Source of the DNA: Patescibacteria group bacterium
Lineage (GTDB): Bacteria > Patescibacteriota > Patescibacteriia > UBA2591 > JAQUPP01
Direction: 5' to 3'
DNA length: 64,000 bases
Assembly: GCA_028716665.1 (NCBI GenBank)
Contig: JAQUPP010000001.1
Location: 413,046-477,045 of the forward strand
Part shown: piece by piece, positions 37,505-48,207 of the stretch
Layout of the letters: each line of letters opens with the position of its first letter
How positions within the stretch are numbered: the first letter of the stretch is position 1
The notes under the pieces: model-generated
Databases searched by the model: none
Told to the model about the DNA's origin: nothing
What the model saw: only the letters and a program-made list of their open reading frames with translations
Translations under genes and position numbers: made by a program

Positions 37505-37718
37505 AAATTATTAAAGTTGAATCATCAAAAGAGGAGTGTTTTTTTTGAAAGATACTCCTCTTTGTCATCCCTTGACATTTCATCAAAAATTTGATATTAT
37601 AAAGATAATAAAAGTTCGTTAAAAAGTCTGTCCATTGGCAGGCAGGGAGGAAAAATGAAATTACCATTAAAAGATAAATTTCCATTGGAGAGAGAGGATT
37701 TTATAGAAATTATTCCAT

Positions 37719-38114
37719 TTGTTGAATTTTTTGTTTGAGATTCTTGGTTTTAAACCCGGTTATGGCGGAAGAGGTATAGCAATTTTCCCAACAGATCCAA
37801 CTCATTTTCCGGAAAAACAAATTGTGAAGGCCAGTTGGCTACAACAAGCCAGTTATGAATTAGGAGAATTTATGTGTCGAAGCATTCCGGAAACAGTAGA
37901 TAAAAAATTCCTTGTCATGGCTTCTCAATTTAAAATCAGAAAAGTTGTTTCTCAGTTCAATTCTATTTTTCTTATTGCCATTGTAAAAATGAATAAAGGT
38001 TTTACTCATGGCAAAGTTACAATAGAGGGCCGTATTAATGATAAGGATTTGGATCTGGCGCTTGAAGGAGAATTTACTTTTTGTCTAAAAGATAAGGATG
38101 TTGTTTCGTCCTAG
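37719..38114 (+). pseudogene. hypothetical protein, probably frameshifted from a 27-codon leader ORF (about 37655-37738) at a T6 run
   Basis: Consensus cassette leader and SD sit before ATG ~37655 in another frame; a 1-nt indel in TTTTTT would fuse the two ORFs. Confidence 0.35.
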
Positions 38115-38122
38115 GGGGAAAA

Positions 38123-38290
38123 ATGATTCCTGATTTAATTTGGAAAATTTGGGTAGTTGGCGCTGTAATTATTTGTTCCGGACTAATGTGTATATGGTGG
38201 CCGCCACACTCACACAAGAAAATCGGCAAAGGATTGATTAAGATTGGCCTATTTGTCATCCTCGTAGGGATTATAAAAATGATAAGTTAA
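38123..38290 (+). CDS. small membrane protein, 55 aa, not in ORF track
   Basis: SD TAGGGGGAAAA before the ATG; two hydrophobic helices. Confidence 0.3.
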   Translation: MIPDLIWKIWVVGAVIICSGLMCIWWPPHSHKKIGKGLIKIGLFVILVGIIKMIS

Positions 38291-38318
38291 AGAAAGATTT
38301 TGCCTTAAAGGAGGAAAA

Positions 38319-38600
38319 ATGGGTAAAAGTTTTTGGGTAAAGTTTTCTGTCATATGGATAGTAATGTGGGTAATTTGGTTCTTTTTAATTTGGGGTAGTG
38401 TCAAATTGGATTTATTTTTTAACCCATGGTTAAAAGGAGTACTTTTTCACTGGTATCAATTTTTTACCACACATCATTATCTGACGATTCTGTATCAAAG
38501 TAATTTTAAAAACTTTCTGGTAGCGATAGGCATATTCAGTTTTATTATAAGTTTTTTCTTTTCATTGTTCGTTGCATTAAAGTTTGAAGAGAATAATTAA
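38319..38600 (+). CDS. small membrane protein
   Basis: SD AAAGGAGGAAAA-ATG; terminator AGCCGAGAGAAAAATCTCTCGGCT follows. Confidence 0.35.
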   Translation: MGKSFWVKFSVIWIVMWVIWFFLIWGSVKLDLFFNPWLKGVLFHWYQFFTTHHYLTILYQSNFKNFLVAIGIFSFIISFFFSLFVALKFEENN

Positions 38601-38708
38601 AAATCAGCCGAGAGAAAAATCTCTCGGCTTTTTATTTTATTCGCCCATGGACAGATTTATAAATTTGAAATAATATGATATGATAAATTATAATTTAATT
38701 TTTATTTT

Positions 38709-39386
38709 ATGACTGTTAAAGAAATCATCGCTTATTTTAAAAAACATTCTTGCCTTCGCGATAAAGAGGGAATGGCGAGATTTGGCATTAATCCGCAATA
38801 TGCTCTGGGAGTGAGAATTCCGGTTTTAAGAAGTTTGGCGAGAAAAATCGGTAAAAATCATAAACTGGCCATTGATTTGTGGAAAACCAAGATTCACGAA
38901 GCGAGAATCTTTGCCACCATGATTGACGAGCCGCAAAAATTAACCGAGAAACAAATGGAACAATGGGTGAGAGGATTTAATTCGTGGGATTTGTGCGACC
39001 AGTGCTGTTCCAATTTATTTTGCAGAATACCCGTTGCTTGGAAAAAAGCAGAAAAGTGGGCCGATAAAAAAGAAGAATTCGTGAGAAGAGCAGGGTTTGC
39101 TTTAATGGCGTATTTGGCCTGCCACGATAAAAAAGCCAAAAACAAAGATTTTGAAAAATTTTTTCCGCTTATCAAAAAATATTCCACTGATAAAAGAAAT
39201 TTTGTCAGAAAAGCGGTTAATTGGGCGTTAAGGCAAATTGGAAAAAGAAATTTGAATTTGAATAAAAAGGCGATTATCATTGCCAAAGAAATTAAAAAAA
39301 TAAATTCTCCTGTCGCGCATTGGATCGCGATTGACGCAATCAGGGAATTAACCGATAAAAAGATTCAAAAAAGATTATTGAAATAA
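38709..39386 (+). CDS. DNA alkylation repair enzyme (AlkD/AlkC-like HEAT-repeat glycosylase)
   Basis: Family-typical N-terminus (IIAYFKKHS...KEGMARFGIN) and WDLCDQ motif. Confidence 0.6.
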   Translation: MTVKEIIAYFKKHSCLRDKEGMARFGINPQYALGVRIPVLRSLARKIGKNHKLAIDLWKTKIHEARIFATMIDEPQKLTEKQMEQWVRGFNSWDLCDQCCSNLFCRIPVAWKKAEKWADKKEEFVRRAGFALMAYLACHDKKAKNKDFEKFFPLIKKYSTDKRNFVRKAVNWALRQIGKRNLNLNKKAIIIAKEIKKINSPVAHWIAIDAIRELTDKKIQKRLLK

Positions 39387-39466
39387 TTTTTCTGATTATT
39401 GACAAAAATTGAAAATACGATATATTTTTATATAAGATCAGATCTTTATAAACAAGGAGGAAAAAA

Positions 39467-39612
39467 TGGAAATATTTTGGCCGGGCATAGGGGTTGGCCT
39501 AATAGTAATGTGGATAGGATTTTATTATCATTGTAATAAAAAAAGAGAAATTGGTGATTCTTTAATGTTTTTGGGCCTGGTTCTTGCAGTAATTTCTGTT
39601 TGGTCTATTTAA
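39467..39612 (+). CDS. small membrane protein, 48 aa, not in ORF track
   Basis: SD ACAAGGAGGAAAAA-ATG; terminator hairpin follows. Confidence 0.25.
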
Positions 39613-39703
39613 GATTTAATTTTAAGCTCCGGGAGACAAAGTCTTCCGGAGCTGTTTATTTCCATATTGTCTTTTAATTGGAAATTGTCTATAATTACTA
39701 TAT

Positions 39704-40570
39704 ATGTCAGAACCGTTGTATATCATTAATTTAACCGGAGAGAAAGAGTTATTCTCTCCTAAAAAAGTTTTTCGCAGCGCCCAGCGATCAGGCGCTTCAA
39801 ATCTTTTAGCCGAGAAAATAGCCAAAATTATCACCAAGGAAGTTTATCCTGATATGCCGACCAAGCGTATTTTCAGCCGGATCAAAACTTTACTTAAACA
39901 AGATGACCCGCAAGCTGCTTTAAAATTCAGTTTAAAAGAAGCTTTAAGAAAATTAGGGCCAAGCGGTTTTCCGTTTGAAAAATATATTGCTTCCATTTTA
40001 ACGAGAAACGGCTACGAAGTGAAAATTAATCAAATTGTCGGCGGGCGATGCGTAAACTACGAAATTGATTTTTTGGCAAAAAGAAACGGAACGGTTTTTA
40101 TCGGCGAATGCAAATATCATCATTTGCCGGGCACGACACTTGATTTAAAAGTGGCTTTGGCGAATTATGCCAGATTCTTGGATTTATCAGCCGGCAGTTT
40201 TTTTAAGAAGAAAGAATATCAAAATTTTAAACTTCAAAGTATTTTAGTGACTAACACGAAATTTACCAGCCAAGCCATTCAATATTCCGAATGCGTCGGG
40301 GTTGATTTATTGGGTTGGCATTATCCGGTAAAAAAAGGACTCGAGTATTTTATTGAAAATCAAAAATTATATCCCATCACCATTTTGCCGTCCATGAAAG
40401 ATTATTTGCTGCAAATTTTTGTTTCGAAAGGTTTAATGCTGGTGGAAGATATTTTAAATTTAGATTTAGCGAAATTTACCGAATGCACGGGCGTAAAACC
40501 AAATCAAATTTCAGCTTTAATCAAAGAGGCAGGACTTTTGTTTAAAAATAATTCATTAACAAAAAATTAA
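39704..40570 (+). CDS. ATP-cone plus restriction-endonuclease-like (Mrr-type) domain protein
   Basis: N-terminal ATP-cone-like region; central IDFLAKRNGTVFIGECKYH resembles a PD-(D/E)xK nuclease core. Confidence 0.4.
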   Translation: MSEPLYIINLTGEKELFSPKKVFRSAQRSGASNLLAEKIAKIITKEVYPDMPTKRIFSRIKTLLKQDDPQAALKFSLKEALRKLGPSGFPFEKYIASILTRNGYEVKINQIVGGRCVNYEIDFLAKRNGTVFIGECKYHHLPGTTLDLKVALANYARFLDLSAGSFFKKKEYQNFKLQSILVTNTKFTSQAIQYSECVGVDLLGWHYPVKKGLEYFIENQKLYPITILPSMKDYLLQIFVSKGLMLVEDILNLDLAKFTECTGVKPNQISALIKEAGLLFKNNSLTKN

Positions 40571-40577
40571 TTATTAT

Positions 40578-41645
40578 ATGAAAATTGACAAAAAACAGAT
40601 CAAAATCTTGGCTTCCGCTTTTTTAGTGTTTATTACCGCTATTCTTTTTTGGCAGCAATTATTTTCGTTGTTTTCCAATAATGATATTAAGCCCCGTCAT
40701 TTTCTCAGTTTGGGAATATTTTCTGTTATTTTCATTTCTTTTATTTTATTATTTTTCATTTTGATTAAAGATCGCAAAATTATTTATTTAACAATAATTA
40801 TTTCGTCCGGATTTTTCTTTATCTTTCCCAAATTTAATTATATTTATTTATTCGGGATTTTAATTTTTATTTTATTCTTAATTTCCGCTTATGAAAGAAT
40901 ACGGAGAGAAAAAGAAGATCGACTCAAGCTTTCACTCAGGATGATTTTATCCAGAGGTTTGTGTTTTATCGTCATTGGCATAGCTTTAATAACCTCAATA
41001 ACTTATTATTTTAATCCGTGGCTTAAATTCGGTCAGAATGAAACAATTATAGACCCCGGAATAATCAAATCTTTAATAAAACCATTAACCGGCATTTTTG
41101 CTCAATCAATACCTTTTTACAGTCCGGAGATGACAATTGATCAAATTATAACCGTTCAAGTAATGATTTCTGATCCGTCTTTAAAATCATTAAATTTACC
41201 GCAGGATTTAATGGCAAATTTAAAATCAAAAATAAAAATTGATAAAAATGGGAAAACCGATATTAACACCTTAATTAAAGATCCAGATGCAAGTTCTCTG
41301 ATGAAAGAGATATTTAACAGTCAGAAAATTGACCAGAAATTACTTGTTCAACAAAGAACGGCAATGGCTAAAACATTCGGAGGGGTTGAATTAAAAGGAG
41401 ACGAAACCTTAGATACAATTTTTGTTAAATTAATAAATTCCAAGCTTAGTCAATTTATCGGTCCTTATGTCGAACAAATTTCCATCGCGATTGCTGCGAG
41501 TTTATTTTTCTTTTTATGGTTTATAGAATATATCCTTGCTTTTATGGCGGTAATTTTGTCTCAAATTATTTTTCTTATCCTCAAACTTTGCAAAGTTGTC
41601 AGTATTGAGAAGGTGATGAAAGAAGGGCAAGAGGTTGCGTTTTAG
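40578..41645 (+). CDS. hypothetical membrane protein
   Basis: Multiple TM helices; no recognised domain. Confidence 0.4.
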   Translation: MKIDKKQIKILASAFLVFITAILFWQQLFSLFSNNDIKPRHFLSLGIFSVIFISFILLFFILIKDRKIIYLTIIISSGFFFIFPKFNYIYLFGILIFILFLISAYERIRREKEDRLKLSLRMILSRGLCFIVIGIALITSITYYFNPWLKFGQNETIIDPGIIKSLIKPLTGIFAQSIPFYSPEMTIDQIITVQVMISDPSLKSLNLPQDLMANLKSKIKIDKNGKTDINTLIKDPDASSLMKEIFNSQKIDQKLLVQQRTAMAKTFGGVELKGDETLDTIFVKLINSKLSQFIGPYVEQISIAIAASLFFFLWFIEYILAFMAVILSQIIFLILKLCKVVSIEKVMKEGQEVAF

Positions 41646-41795
41646 GGATTTGTCCGCCCAAGTTTTTTGCAGAAAAATTTAGGCGGATTGACAAATTTTT
41701 TAAACTTGTTAAAATAATCATTACTTAATTAATTTTATATTTCAGCCCTGAGATAGAGATATTACTTCCTATCGAGGGTGTTTATCAATTTTTTT

Positions 41796-42365
41796 ATGCC
41801 AACTAAAACAAAAACAACGCCAAAAAAAGAAAAAGTTATCGGTGAAAAACCAAAAAAGAAAGTTATTAAAAAAACCGCTCCATCTCATAAAAAAGAAGAA
41901 GTTCAAGAAGTAACTCCTGAAATTATCAAAGAACCGGTTAAAATTCACAAAGCAATAGAGCATAAACCTGTTAAAGACGCAGGTATTTGGTCAACCGGAA
42001 AACGCAAAACAGCTATTGCCAGAATACAGCTTTTCAAAAATGGTAATGGAGAAATAACCGTTAATAACAAAACATTTAAAGATTATTTCCCATATTTTGA
42101 ATTGCAAAATATAGTTTTGTCTCCGCTCTGTCTAACGAATCAGGAAAAAAGTTTTAATTTCAGAATAATGATCAAAGGAGGCGGATTCAAGAGTCAAGCC
42201 GAAGCGGTCAGACTCGGAATTTCTCAGGCCTTGGTTGAATTGGACCCTGAATGCCGTAAAGCTTTAAAAACAGTTAAATTTTTAACTCGCGATTCCAGAG
42301 TAAAAGAAAGAAAGAAACCTGGTTTGAAAAGAGCTCGTCGCGCTCCACAATGGAACAAGAGATAG
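41796..42365 (+). CDS. rpsI: 30S ribosomal protein S9 with Lys-rich N-terminal extension
   Basis: C-terminal GGGFKSQAEAVRLGISQAL...LTRDSRVKERKKPGLKRARRAPQWNKR is canonical uS9. Confidence 0.85.
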   Translation: MPTKTKTTPKKEKVIGEKPKKKVIKKTAPSHKKEEVQEVTPEIIKEPVKIHKAIEHKPVKDAGIWSTGKRKTAIARIQLFKNGNGEITVNNKTFKDYFPYFELQNIVLSPLCLTNQEKSFNFRIMIKGGGFKSQAEAVRLGISQALVELDPECRKALKTVKFLTRDSRVKERKKPGLKRARRAPQWNKR

Positions 42366-42491
42366 TTTCTGATTAAAAAAATAACAGTTCATTTTGTCCG
42401 AAAAATATGCCAGAGCAAAGCTTATCCTTGAGAAAAATATAAATTTTTCGGTATGTTTTGTTCTGGCATATTTGTTTTAAAGAATTAAAAT

Positions 42492-43817
42492 ATGGATAAA
42501 AAATCATTGGAAATTGTAATGTTCAATATGTCGAGCTTTTCAGAATGGGAAGGCGGCATTGTGAATCGCAATTATCATATTTTCAATAAATTATCGCAAG
42601 ATGAAAAAGTAAAACGGATAATTGCCGTTGATTTTTTGCCTTTTACTTTCAGAAGAGCTTTGAGAAATTATTTGGAAAATATTTTGAAAACCACAAATTA
42701 CAAATCTAATGCAGACATAAAAGTTACAAATATTTATCGGGATTTTACCACTAAATGCGTGAAAATTGTTGGATTGGCGCCGGCTGAAATTTATGTTTTT
42801 TCAACCATTGATTCAATATTTACCCGCCCAAATTTTTTGAAGAAAAATTTAGGCGGTTTTTCTTCTCATCAAATAGTTTTAAAAAAATTAAACAAGATAT
42901 TGATTAAAATCAACAAGAATCAGCCGGAAAAAACCAAGAGAGTTATTTGGTCATATTTTCCGATGTTTGTTGACTATTTCTCGGCCCAAGGCCGATCCGC
43001 CTCGGGCGGAAATGGCATACCCGCTGATTTGACGGTTTTCGACGCAGTGGACAATTGGATTGAACATCCTTCTTTCGCGCGCTATAAAAAATTATTAGAG
43101 AAAAATTATAAAATAATTTCCCAAAAAAGCGATTTAATTTTCACCGTAGCGGAAAATTTGGTGGAATTTTTTAAAAATTTAGGCAGGAACAAAGATGTCT
43201 ATTGGATCGCCAACGGCGTTGAACCCAAGCATTTTGCCAAGGAACAGTCTGTGCTTAAAAATGATCCCATTTTAATGATTTCTCGTCCGATTATCGGTTA
43301 TGTCGGGACAATTCAAAACAGGGTTGATTTTAATCTTTTGGAATATTTGGCTCAGCAAAATCCTGATAAATCTTTTGTCTTGATTGGTCCGCTTTGGCCG
43401 GTCTTTTTGAGAAAATTGCGCCGACCGACTACGGAAATAAAAAAATTGAAAAAATACAAAAATATTCATTTATTGGGCCGCCGACCATATGATTTGACAC
43501 CGGCTTATATTAAATTTTTTGACGTGGCGATTAATCCTCATAAACTCGATGAATTTATAAAATACACAGATTCTTTAAAGGTTTTGGAATATTTGGCTTG
43601 CGGTATGCCAGTGGTAACTACGCCGCCCTCGGGCGTGGAAAAATTTTCTCACCTTCTTTATATTGCCGCAGATTACCAAGATTTTAATAAAAATATTGAG
43701 ACAGCTCTTGCCGAAAATCAGCCGGAATTAAAAGAGAAAAGATTAATAAGAATAAAAGAAGAGGATTGGGACAATAAACTTTTAGAAATGATGAATATTT
43801 TAAAAACTAAGATTTAA
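42492..43817 (+). CDS. glycosyltransferase family 1 (GT4-like)
   Basis: C-terminal LEYLACGMPVVTTP. Contains the 34-nt palindrome and the 32-nt double-hairpin insert, both in frame. Confidence 0.55.
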   Translation: MDKKSLEIVMFNMSSFSEWEGGIVNRNYHIFNKLSQDEKVKRIIAVDFLPFTFRRALRNYLENILKTTNYKSNADIKVTNIYRDFTTKCVKIVGLAPAEIYVFSTIDSIFTRPNFLKKNLGGFSSHQIVLKKLNKILIKINKNQPEKTKRVIWSYFPMFVDYFSAQGRSASGGNGIPADLTVFDAVDNWIEHPSFARYKKLLEKNYKIISQKSDLIFTVAENLVEFFKNLGRNKDVYWIANGVEPKHFAKEQSVLKNDPILMISRPIIGYVGTIQNRVDFNLLEYLAQQNPDKSFVLIGPLWPVFLRKLRRPTTEIKKLKKYKNIHLLGRRPYDLTPAYIKFFDVAINPHKLDEFIKYTDSLKVLEYLACGMPVVTTPPSGVEKFSHLLYIAADYQDFNKNIETALAENQPELKEKRLIRIKEEDWDNKLLEMMNILKTKI

Positions 43818-43840
43818 TTTTTAATTTTAGTGAAGCGCTT

Positions 43841-44713
43841 ATGATACTTTCTATTATTATCGTCAGTTGGAATGTTAAAAAATTATTGGAGAAATGTTTG
43901 AATTCCATTTTTAAAAATGTTGACGGTTTGGATTATGAAGTTTGGGTGATTGATAATAATTCGGCAGACGGTTCAAGGGAATATTTAAAAAGCTTGATCG
44001 GTCAAAATCAAAACTTAAAAGTGATTTTCAATGAGCAAAATATCGGTTTTGCCAAAGCAAATAATCAAGCTCTCAAAGAAGCTAGTGGAGAATTTATTTT
44101 ACTTTTAAATCCGGATACGGAAATTATCGGTGATACTTTGCAAAAAACGATTCAATTCATGCAATATAATCAGGAGTGCGGCATTTTGGGCAGTAAAATA
44201 ATCGGTCCGGACGATAAAATACAAAATTCCGTCAGAAGTTTCCCGACAATTATTTCGCAGGCAATGATTTTTTTAAAACTTCATCGTCTTTTCCCCGGAA
44301 CGAAAATTTTAAAAGATTATTTTCAAGCTGATTTCAATTACGAAAAAATAAGCGAAGTTGATCAGGTAATGGGTGCTTTTTTAATGACTAAAAGAGAAGT
44401 TTTGGAAAAAGTCGGTTTATTGGACGAAAAATTTTGGTTATGGTTTGAGGAAGTTGATTTTTGCAAAAGAGTGAAAGAGGAGGGTTATAAAATAATTTAT
44501 TATCCCAATGCCGCGATATTCCATTACGGCGCGCAAAGTTTCCGCCAAATGTTGTCTTGTCCAAAGCAGAGCACTTATAATCGAAGCACTATTTATTATT
44601 TTAAAAAACATTCTCACTTTGTTTTATATTGGCCGCTTTTGATTTTAAATCCAATCAGCTTATTTTTAGCTTGTTTAGTTCAAATTTTTTCTTTTCGCCA
44701 TGAAAGTCGTTAA
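43841..44713 (+). CDS. glycosyltransferase family 2
   Basis: LSIIIVSWN...DNNSADGS...LLLNPD GT2 N-terminal motifs. Confidence 0.65.
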   Translation: MILSIIIVSWNVKKLLEKCLNSIFKNVDGLDYEVWVIDNNSADGSREYLKSLIGQNQNLKVIFNEQNIGFAKANNQALKEASGEFILLLNPDTEIIGDTLQKTIQFMQYNQECGILGSKIIGPDDKIQNSVRSFPTIISQAMIFLKLHRLFPGTKILKDYFQADFNYEKISEVDQVMGAFLMTKREVLEKVGLLDEKFWLWFEEVDFCKRVKEEGYKIIYYPNAAIFHYGAQSFRQMLSCPKQSTYNRSTIYYFKKHSHFVLYWPLLILNPISLFLACLVQIFSFRHESR

Positions 44714-46130
44714 TTTAGATAAAAAAATTTTATTTGTTGTTTTGGGTTTTTTTCTTTTTCAAATTTTGTCATTTTTGGGTTATTTATGGCCTATTTTGGC
44801 AAATATTATTTTTTTATTGATTGTTTTGTCGGCAATTTTTCTGTCCGTATATAAAATAGAATACGGATTTTTTATTCTGGCTTTTGAATTTTTGTCCGGC
44901 CATGGCGGACTTTTATTTGAATTTAAAGGAATTTCTTTGCGGCTTGCCTTATTTATAGTAGTGATGCTCGTTTGGGTAATCAAAAAATTCTTTTCGGAAA
45001 AATGGGAAAATCTGTTTTTTCAAAAAAAATCTCCATTTTGTATTTTATTTTTAGTTTTTATAATTTTAATTTTATTCGGCTTGATTCAGGGAATTGCCAG
45101 GAATGACAGTATCTTGGCCATTAAAGATTTTATCAATTATTCTTATTTTCTTTTATTTTTTCCTCTAACAGATATTTTAAAAAAGGATAAATCCGATCAA
45201 AAAATTTTCAGTTTGGCTCAAGGCGCGACTATCGGTATTGGGATTTCAACCATTATTGTTTTGATTTTATTCGGTTCCGGACTGGTCCAAGTCCATGACA
45301 GTTTTTATTGGTGGTGGCGGAACGTGGTGGTGGGCAAAGCGACTTTTATGAGTGGAAATTTTTTCCGTATTGTTACGCCGGCCCATTTGATAATTTTGCC
45401 TTTATTCCTGGTTTATTTAAGCTTGTTGTTTGAGACAAAATTAAAATTAAAAAAACAATTCTTTTTTTTCTGGTTGGCGGCGTTAAGCAGTTTGGCGATT
45501 TTGATTAATTTCTCCCGCGCTTATTTGTTGGGATTTTTTGTCGGATTGATATTTTTGGCCAAAGAATTAAACAAGAAAAAATGGCTGATTTTTTCTTTAT
45601 CAATGATTTTAATTTTAATTTTTGAATTTTGTTTCATTTACACTCTTTTTGGCGGCGAAGGGATGTTGAATGGATTCGGTTTTTTCAAAAATCGTTTAGG
45701 CACGATAATTTCACCGGAAGAAGAAACCAGCTCTCTGACGCGAATGGTGATTTTGCCGATTTTAACTCAAAAAATAAAACTTGATCCGATTTTCGGTTCA
45801 GGACTTGGCGGCGTAGTTTCTTATTTGGATCCGGTTACAAAACAAATTCAAAGCACTTTTCATCTGGATTGGGGATATTTGGAAATTTGGTCTGAGCTTG
45901 GATTGATCGGACTTTTGATTTTTTTATCACTGTTTGGATTTGTTTTTTATCAGGGTTTTAAAATGATAAAGATTTTTTCTCAAGATATTTTTAAAAAAAG
46001 GATTATCATAGGATTGATGGGTGGTCTGGCCGCTTTAATGGTTGCCAGTTTGACCGGTCCGTTTATTTTTCATCCTTTGGGTATTTTTTATTTTACTTTT
46101 ACCGCCGCTTATTTAATAAAGGGTATTTAA
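44700..46130 (+). CDS. O-antigen ligase / Wzy-like polymerase family membrane protein
   Basis: About 12 TM helices with a large loop; sits between glycosyltransferases. Confidence 0.4.
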   Translation: MKVVNLDKKILFVVLGFFLFQILSFLGYLWPILANIIFLLIVLSAIFLSVYKIEYGFFILAFEFLSGHGGLLFEFKGISLRLALFIVVMLVWVIKKFFSEKWENLFFQKKSPFCILFLVFIILILFGLIQGIARNDSILAIKDFINYSYFLLFFPLTDILKKDKSDQKIFSLAQGATIGIGISTIIVLILFGSGLVQVHDSFYWWWRNVVVGKATFMSGNFFRIVTPAHLIILPLFLVYLSLLFETKLKLKKQFFFFWLAALSSLAILINFSRAYLLGFFVGLIFLAKELNKKKWLIFSLSMILILIFEFCFIYTLFGGEGMLNGFGFFKNRLGTIISPEEETSSLTRMVILPILTQKIKLDPIFGSGLGGVVSYLDPVTKQIQSTFHLDWGYLEIWSELGLIGLLIFLSLFGFVFYQGFKMIKIFSQDIFKKRIIIGLMGGLAALMVASLTGPFIFHPLGIFYFTFTAAYLIKGI

Positions 46131-46211
46131 ACCCTTTTTTGCCTGCCCTCGCTCGGAAAAGAAAATAAATTTTCTTTTCCCTCGCTCGCTTGGCAATAAA
46201 TTTAAATCAAG

Positions 46212-47282
46212 ATGAAAGAACAAATTCCTAAAATTTCCATTCAAATTGTTACTTGGAACAGCAGGCGATATATCAAGGAATGTCTTGATTCTGTCCTGGC
46301 GCAAACTTATAAGAATTTTTCCGTTTTAATTATTGATAATGCTTCTTGCGACAGCACGGTTGAATTTGTGGAAAGAAATTATCCAAACCCAACCGGCTCA
46401 TTGGCCAAAGCTAAAAAAATATTAAATTCCAGACCTTCTATTTTTATTTTTAGAAATATTAAAAATTTGGGATTTTCCGGAGCTCATAATTTAGGACTAA
46501 CTTTGGGTCAAGCGGATTTTGTTTTAGTGATGAATCCGGATATAATTTTGGAACCTGATTTTTTGGAAAAAATAATAAAAACCGCTCAGGAAAATGAATC
46601 AACGGCCAGTTTCGGGGGAAAAATGCTTAAAATTAAATTTGATCAAGAGGAACTGGCGGAAAAAATAAAAACAAATATTTTAGACAGCACCGGACTTTTA
46701 TTTTTAAAAAACAGCCGTATAATTGACAGGGGAGAAAACGAAGAAGATAATGGACAATATGACAGAAAAGAAGAAGTTTTTGGCATTTCCGGCGCTTGTG
46801 TTTTATACAGAAAAAGCGCTTTGGAAGAAATTAAAATTAAAACCGATTTTTCAAAGGCGGAAAATGAATATTTTGACGAACAATTTTTCGCTTATAAAGA
46901 AGATGTGGACCTGGCTTGGCGATTGCGCTTGGCCGGATTTGGGGCGATTTACGAACCAAAAGCAAAAGCTTACCATTTTCGCCAAGGAGCGCCGAAAGAC
47001 AGGCGTTTTTACCAGTCGCAAACGGTTAATTTTTTCTCATACAGAAATCATTTGTGGATGGTTTTAAAAAATATTTATTGGAAAAATTTTTTCTCCCAAT
47101 TTTTATTTATTTTGTGGTATCAGCTTTTAAAAACATTTTATTTATTTTTTCGCCAACCCAGGAATTTATTTTTATCCAAACTGTCTTTCTTTAGAGGATT
47201 ATCGGAAATGTTTAGAAAAAGAAAATATATTATTAAAATGGCGAAAGTCGGGCCGGAAGAAATCAAAAAATGGACAAAATAA
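46212..47282 (+). CDS. glycosyltransferase family 2
   Basis: ISIQIVTWNS...DNASCD...VMNPD motifs. Confidence 0.6.
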   Translation: MKEQIPKISIQIVTWNSRRYIKECLDSVLAQTYKNFSVLIIDNASCDSTVEFVERNYPNPTGSLAKAKKILNSRPSIFIFRNIKNLGFSGAHNLGLTLGQADFVLVMNPDIILEPDFLEKIIKTAQENESTASFGGKMLKIKFDQEELAEKIKTNILDSTGLLFLKNSRIIDRGENEEDNGQYDRKEEVFGISGACVLYRKSALEEIKIKTDFSKAENEYFDEQFFAYKEDVDLAWRLRLAGFGAIYEPKAKAYHFRQGAPKDRRFYQSQTVNFFSYRNHLWMVLKNIYWKNFFSQFLFILWYQLLKTFYLFFRQPRNLFLSKLSFFRGLSEMFRKRKYIIKMAKVGPEEIKKWTK

Positions 47283-47291
47283 TTATATTAT

Positions 47292-48092
47292 ATGTTATCC
47301 ATAATCATTGTTAATCACAATCATCGAAATTATTTAAAGCAATGTTTGAAAAATATTGTTGAGGCCAATATCAATCTTGATTTTGAGGTGATTATTATTG
47401 ATAATAATTCAAAAGATACAAGCAAAAAGTTTTTGTCAGAATTTAATATGCCGTCTCTAAAATTCAGAGTTATTTTAAATAATAAGAATTATGGTTTTGC
47501 CAAGGCTAATAATCAGGGGATTAAATTGGCTCAAGGAAAATATGTTTTAGTTTTAAATCCGGACGTGATTGTTTTAAAAGATTCAGTGGAAAAACTTTAT
47601 AAATTTTTAGGAGAAAATAATGAAGCGGCAATGGTTGGTCCCAAGCTTTTAAATCCCAACGGAACGATTCAGTATTCTTGTTGTAAATTTCCTTACTGGT
47701 ATATGCCGATTCTCCGCCGAACTTTTTTAGGGAAGCTTCCTTTTTTGAAAAATAAATTGGGTAAATATTTAATGTCAGATTGGAAACACAATGAAGCAAG
47801 AGAAGTGGATTGGCTTTTGGGCGCGGCCTTGATGATTAAAAAAGAAGTTTTGGAAAAAATCAATTATTTTGATGAAAGATTTTTTCTTTATTTCGAAGAC
47901 ACTGATTTAGCGAGACGGATTTGGAAATTCGGCAAGAAAGTTTATTACTTGCCAGAAGCTCAAATGTATCATTTTCATCAGCGGCTCTCGGCGGAACGCA
48001 GCGCCAGTCCGACTTTATTGTCCAGAATTACCTGGATTCATATTGCCAGCGGAATCAAATATTTTTGTAAATGGCTTAACCCTCGGCTGTAG
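47292..48092 (+). CDS. glycosyltransferase family 2
   Basis: LSIIIVNHN...DNNSKD...LVLNPD motifs; a GC-rich hairpin lies at its 3' end. Confidence 0.65.
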   Translation: MLSIIIVNHNHRNYLKQCLKNIVEANINLDFEVIIIDNNSKDTSKKFLSEFNMPSLKFRVILNNKNYGFAKANNQGIKLAQGKYVLVLNPDVIVLKDSVEKLYKFLGENNEAAMVGPKLLNPNGTIQYSCCKFPYWYMPILRRTFLGKLPFLKNKLGKYLMSDWKHNEAREVDWLLGAALMIKKEVLEKINYFDERFFLYFEDTDLARRIWKFGKKVYYLPEAQMYHFHQRLSAERSASPTLLSRITWIHIASGIKYFCKWLNPRL

Positions 48093-48207
48093 CCTTACGG
48101 GCGAAGAAAATAATTTGCCAAATTTTGAAAATTTGTTATAATAATTTTAATATTGCGGGATCGTCCCTCGGCCGTAGCCAGTAGGCTACTGCCTACGGGC
48201 GAGGCTA

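Noticed and set aside
38074-38259. 61-aa minus-strand ORF in the track
   Set aside because: Overlaps a + strand small membrane-protein ORF (38123-38290) that has a proper SD. The minus frame has none.
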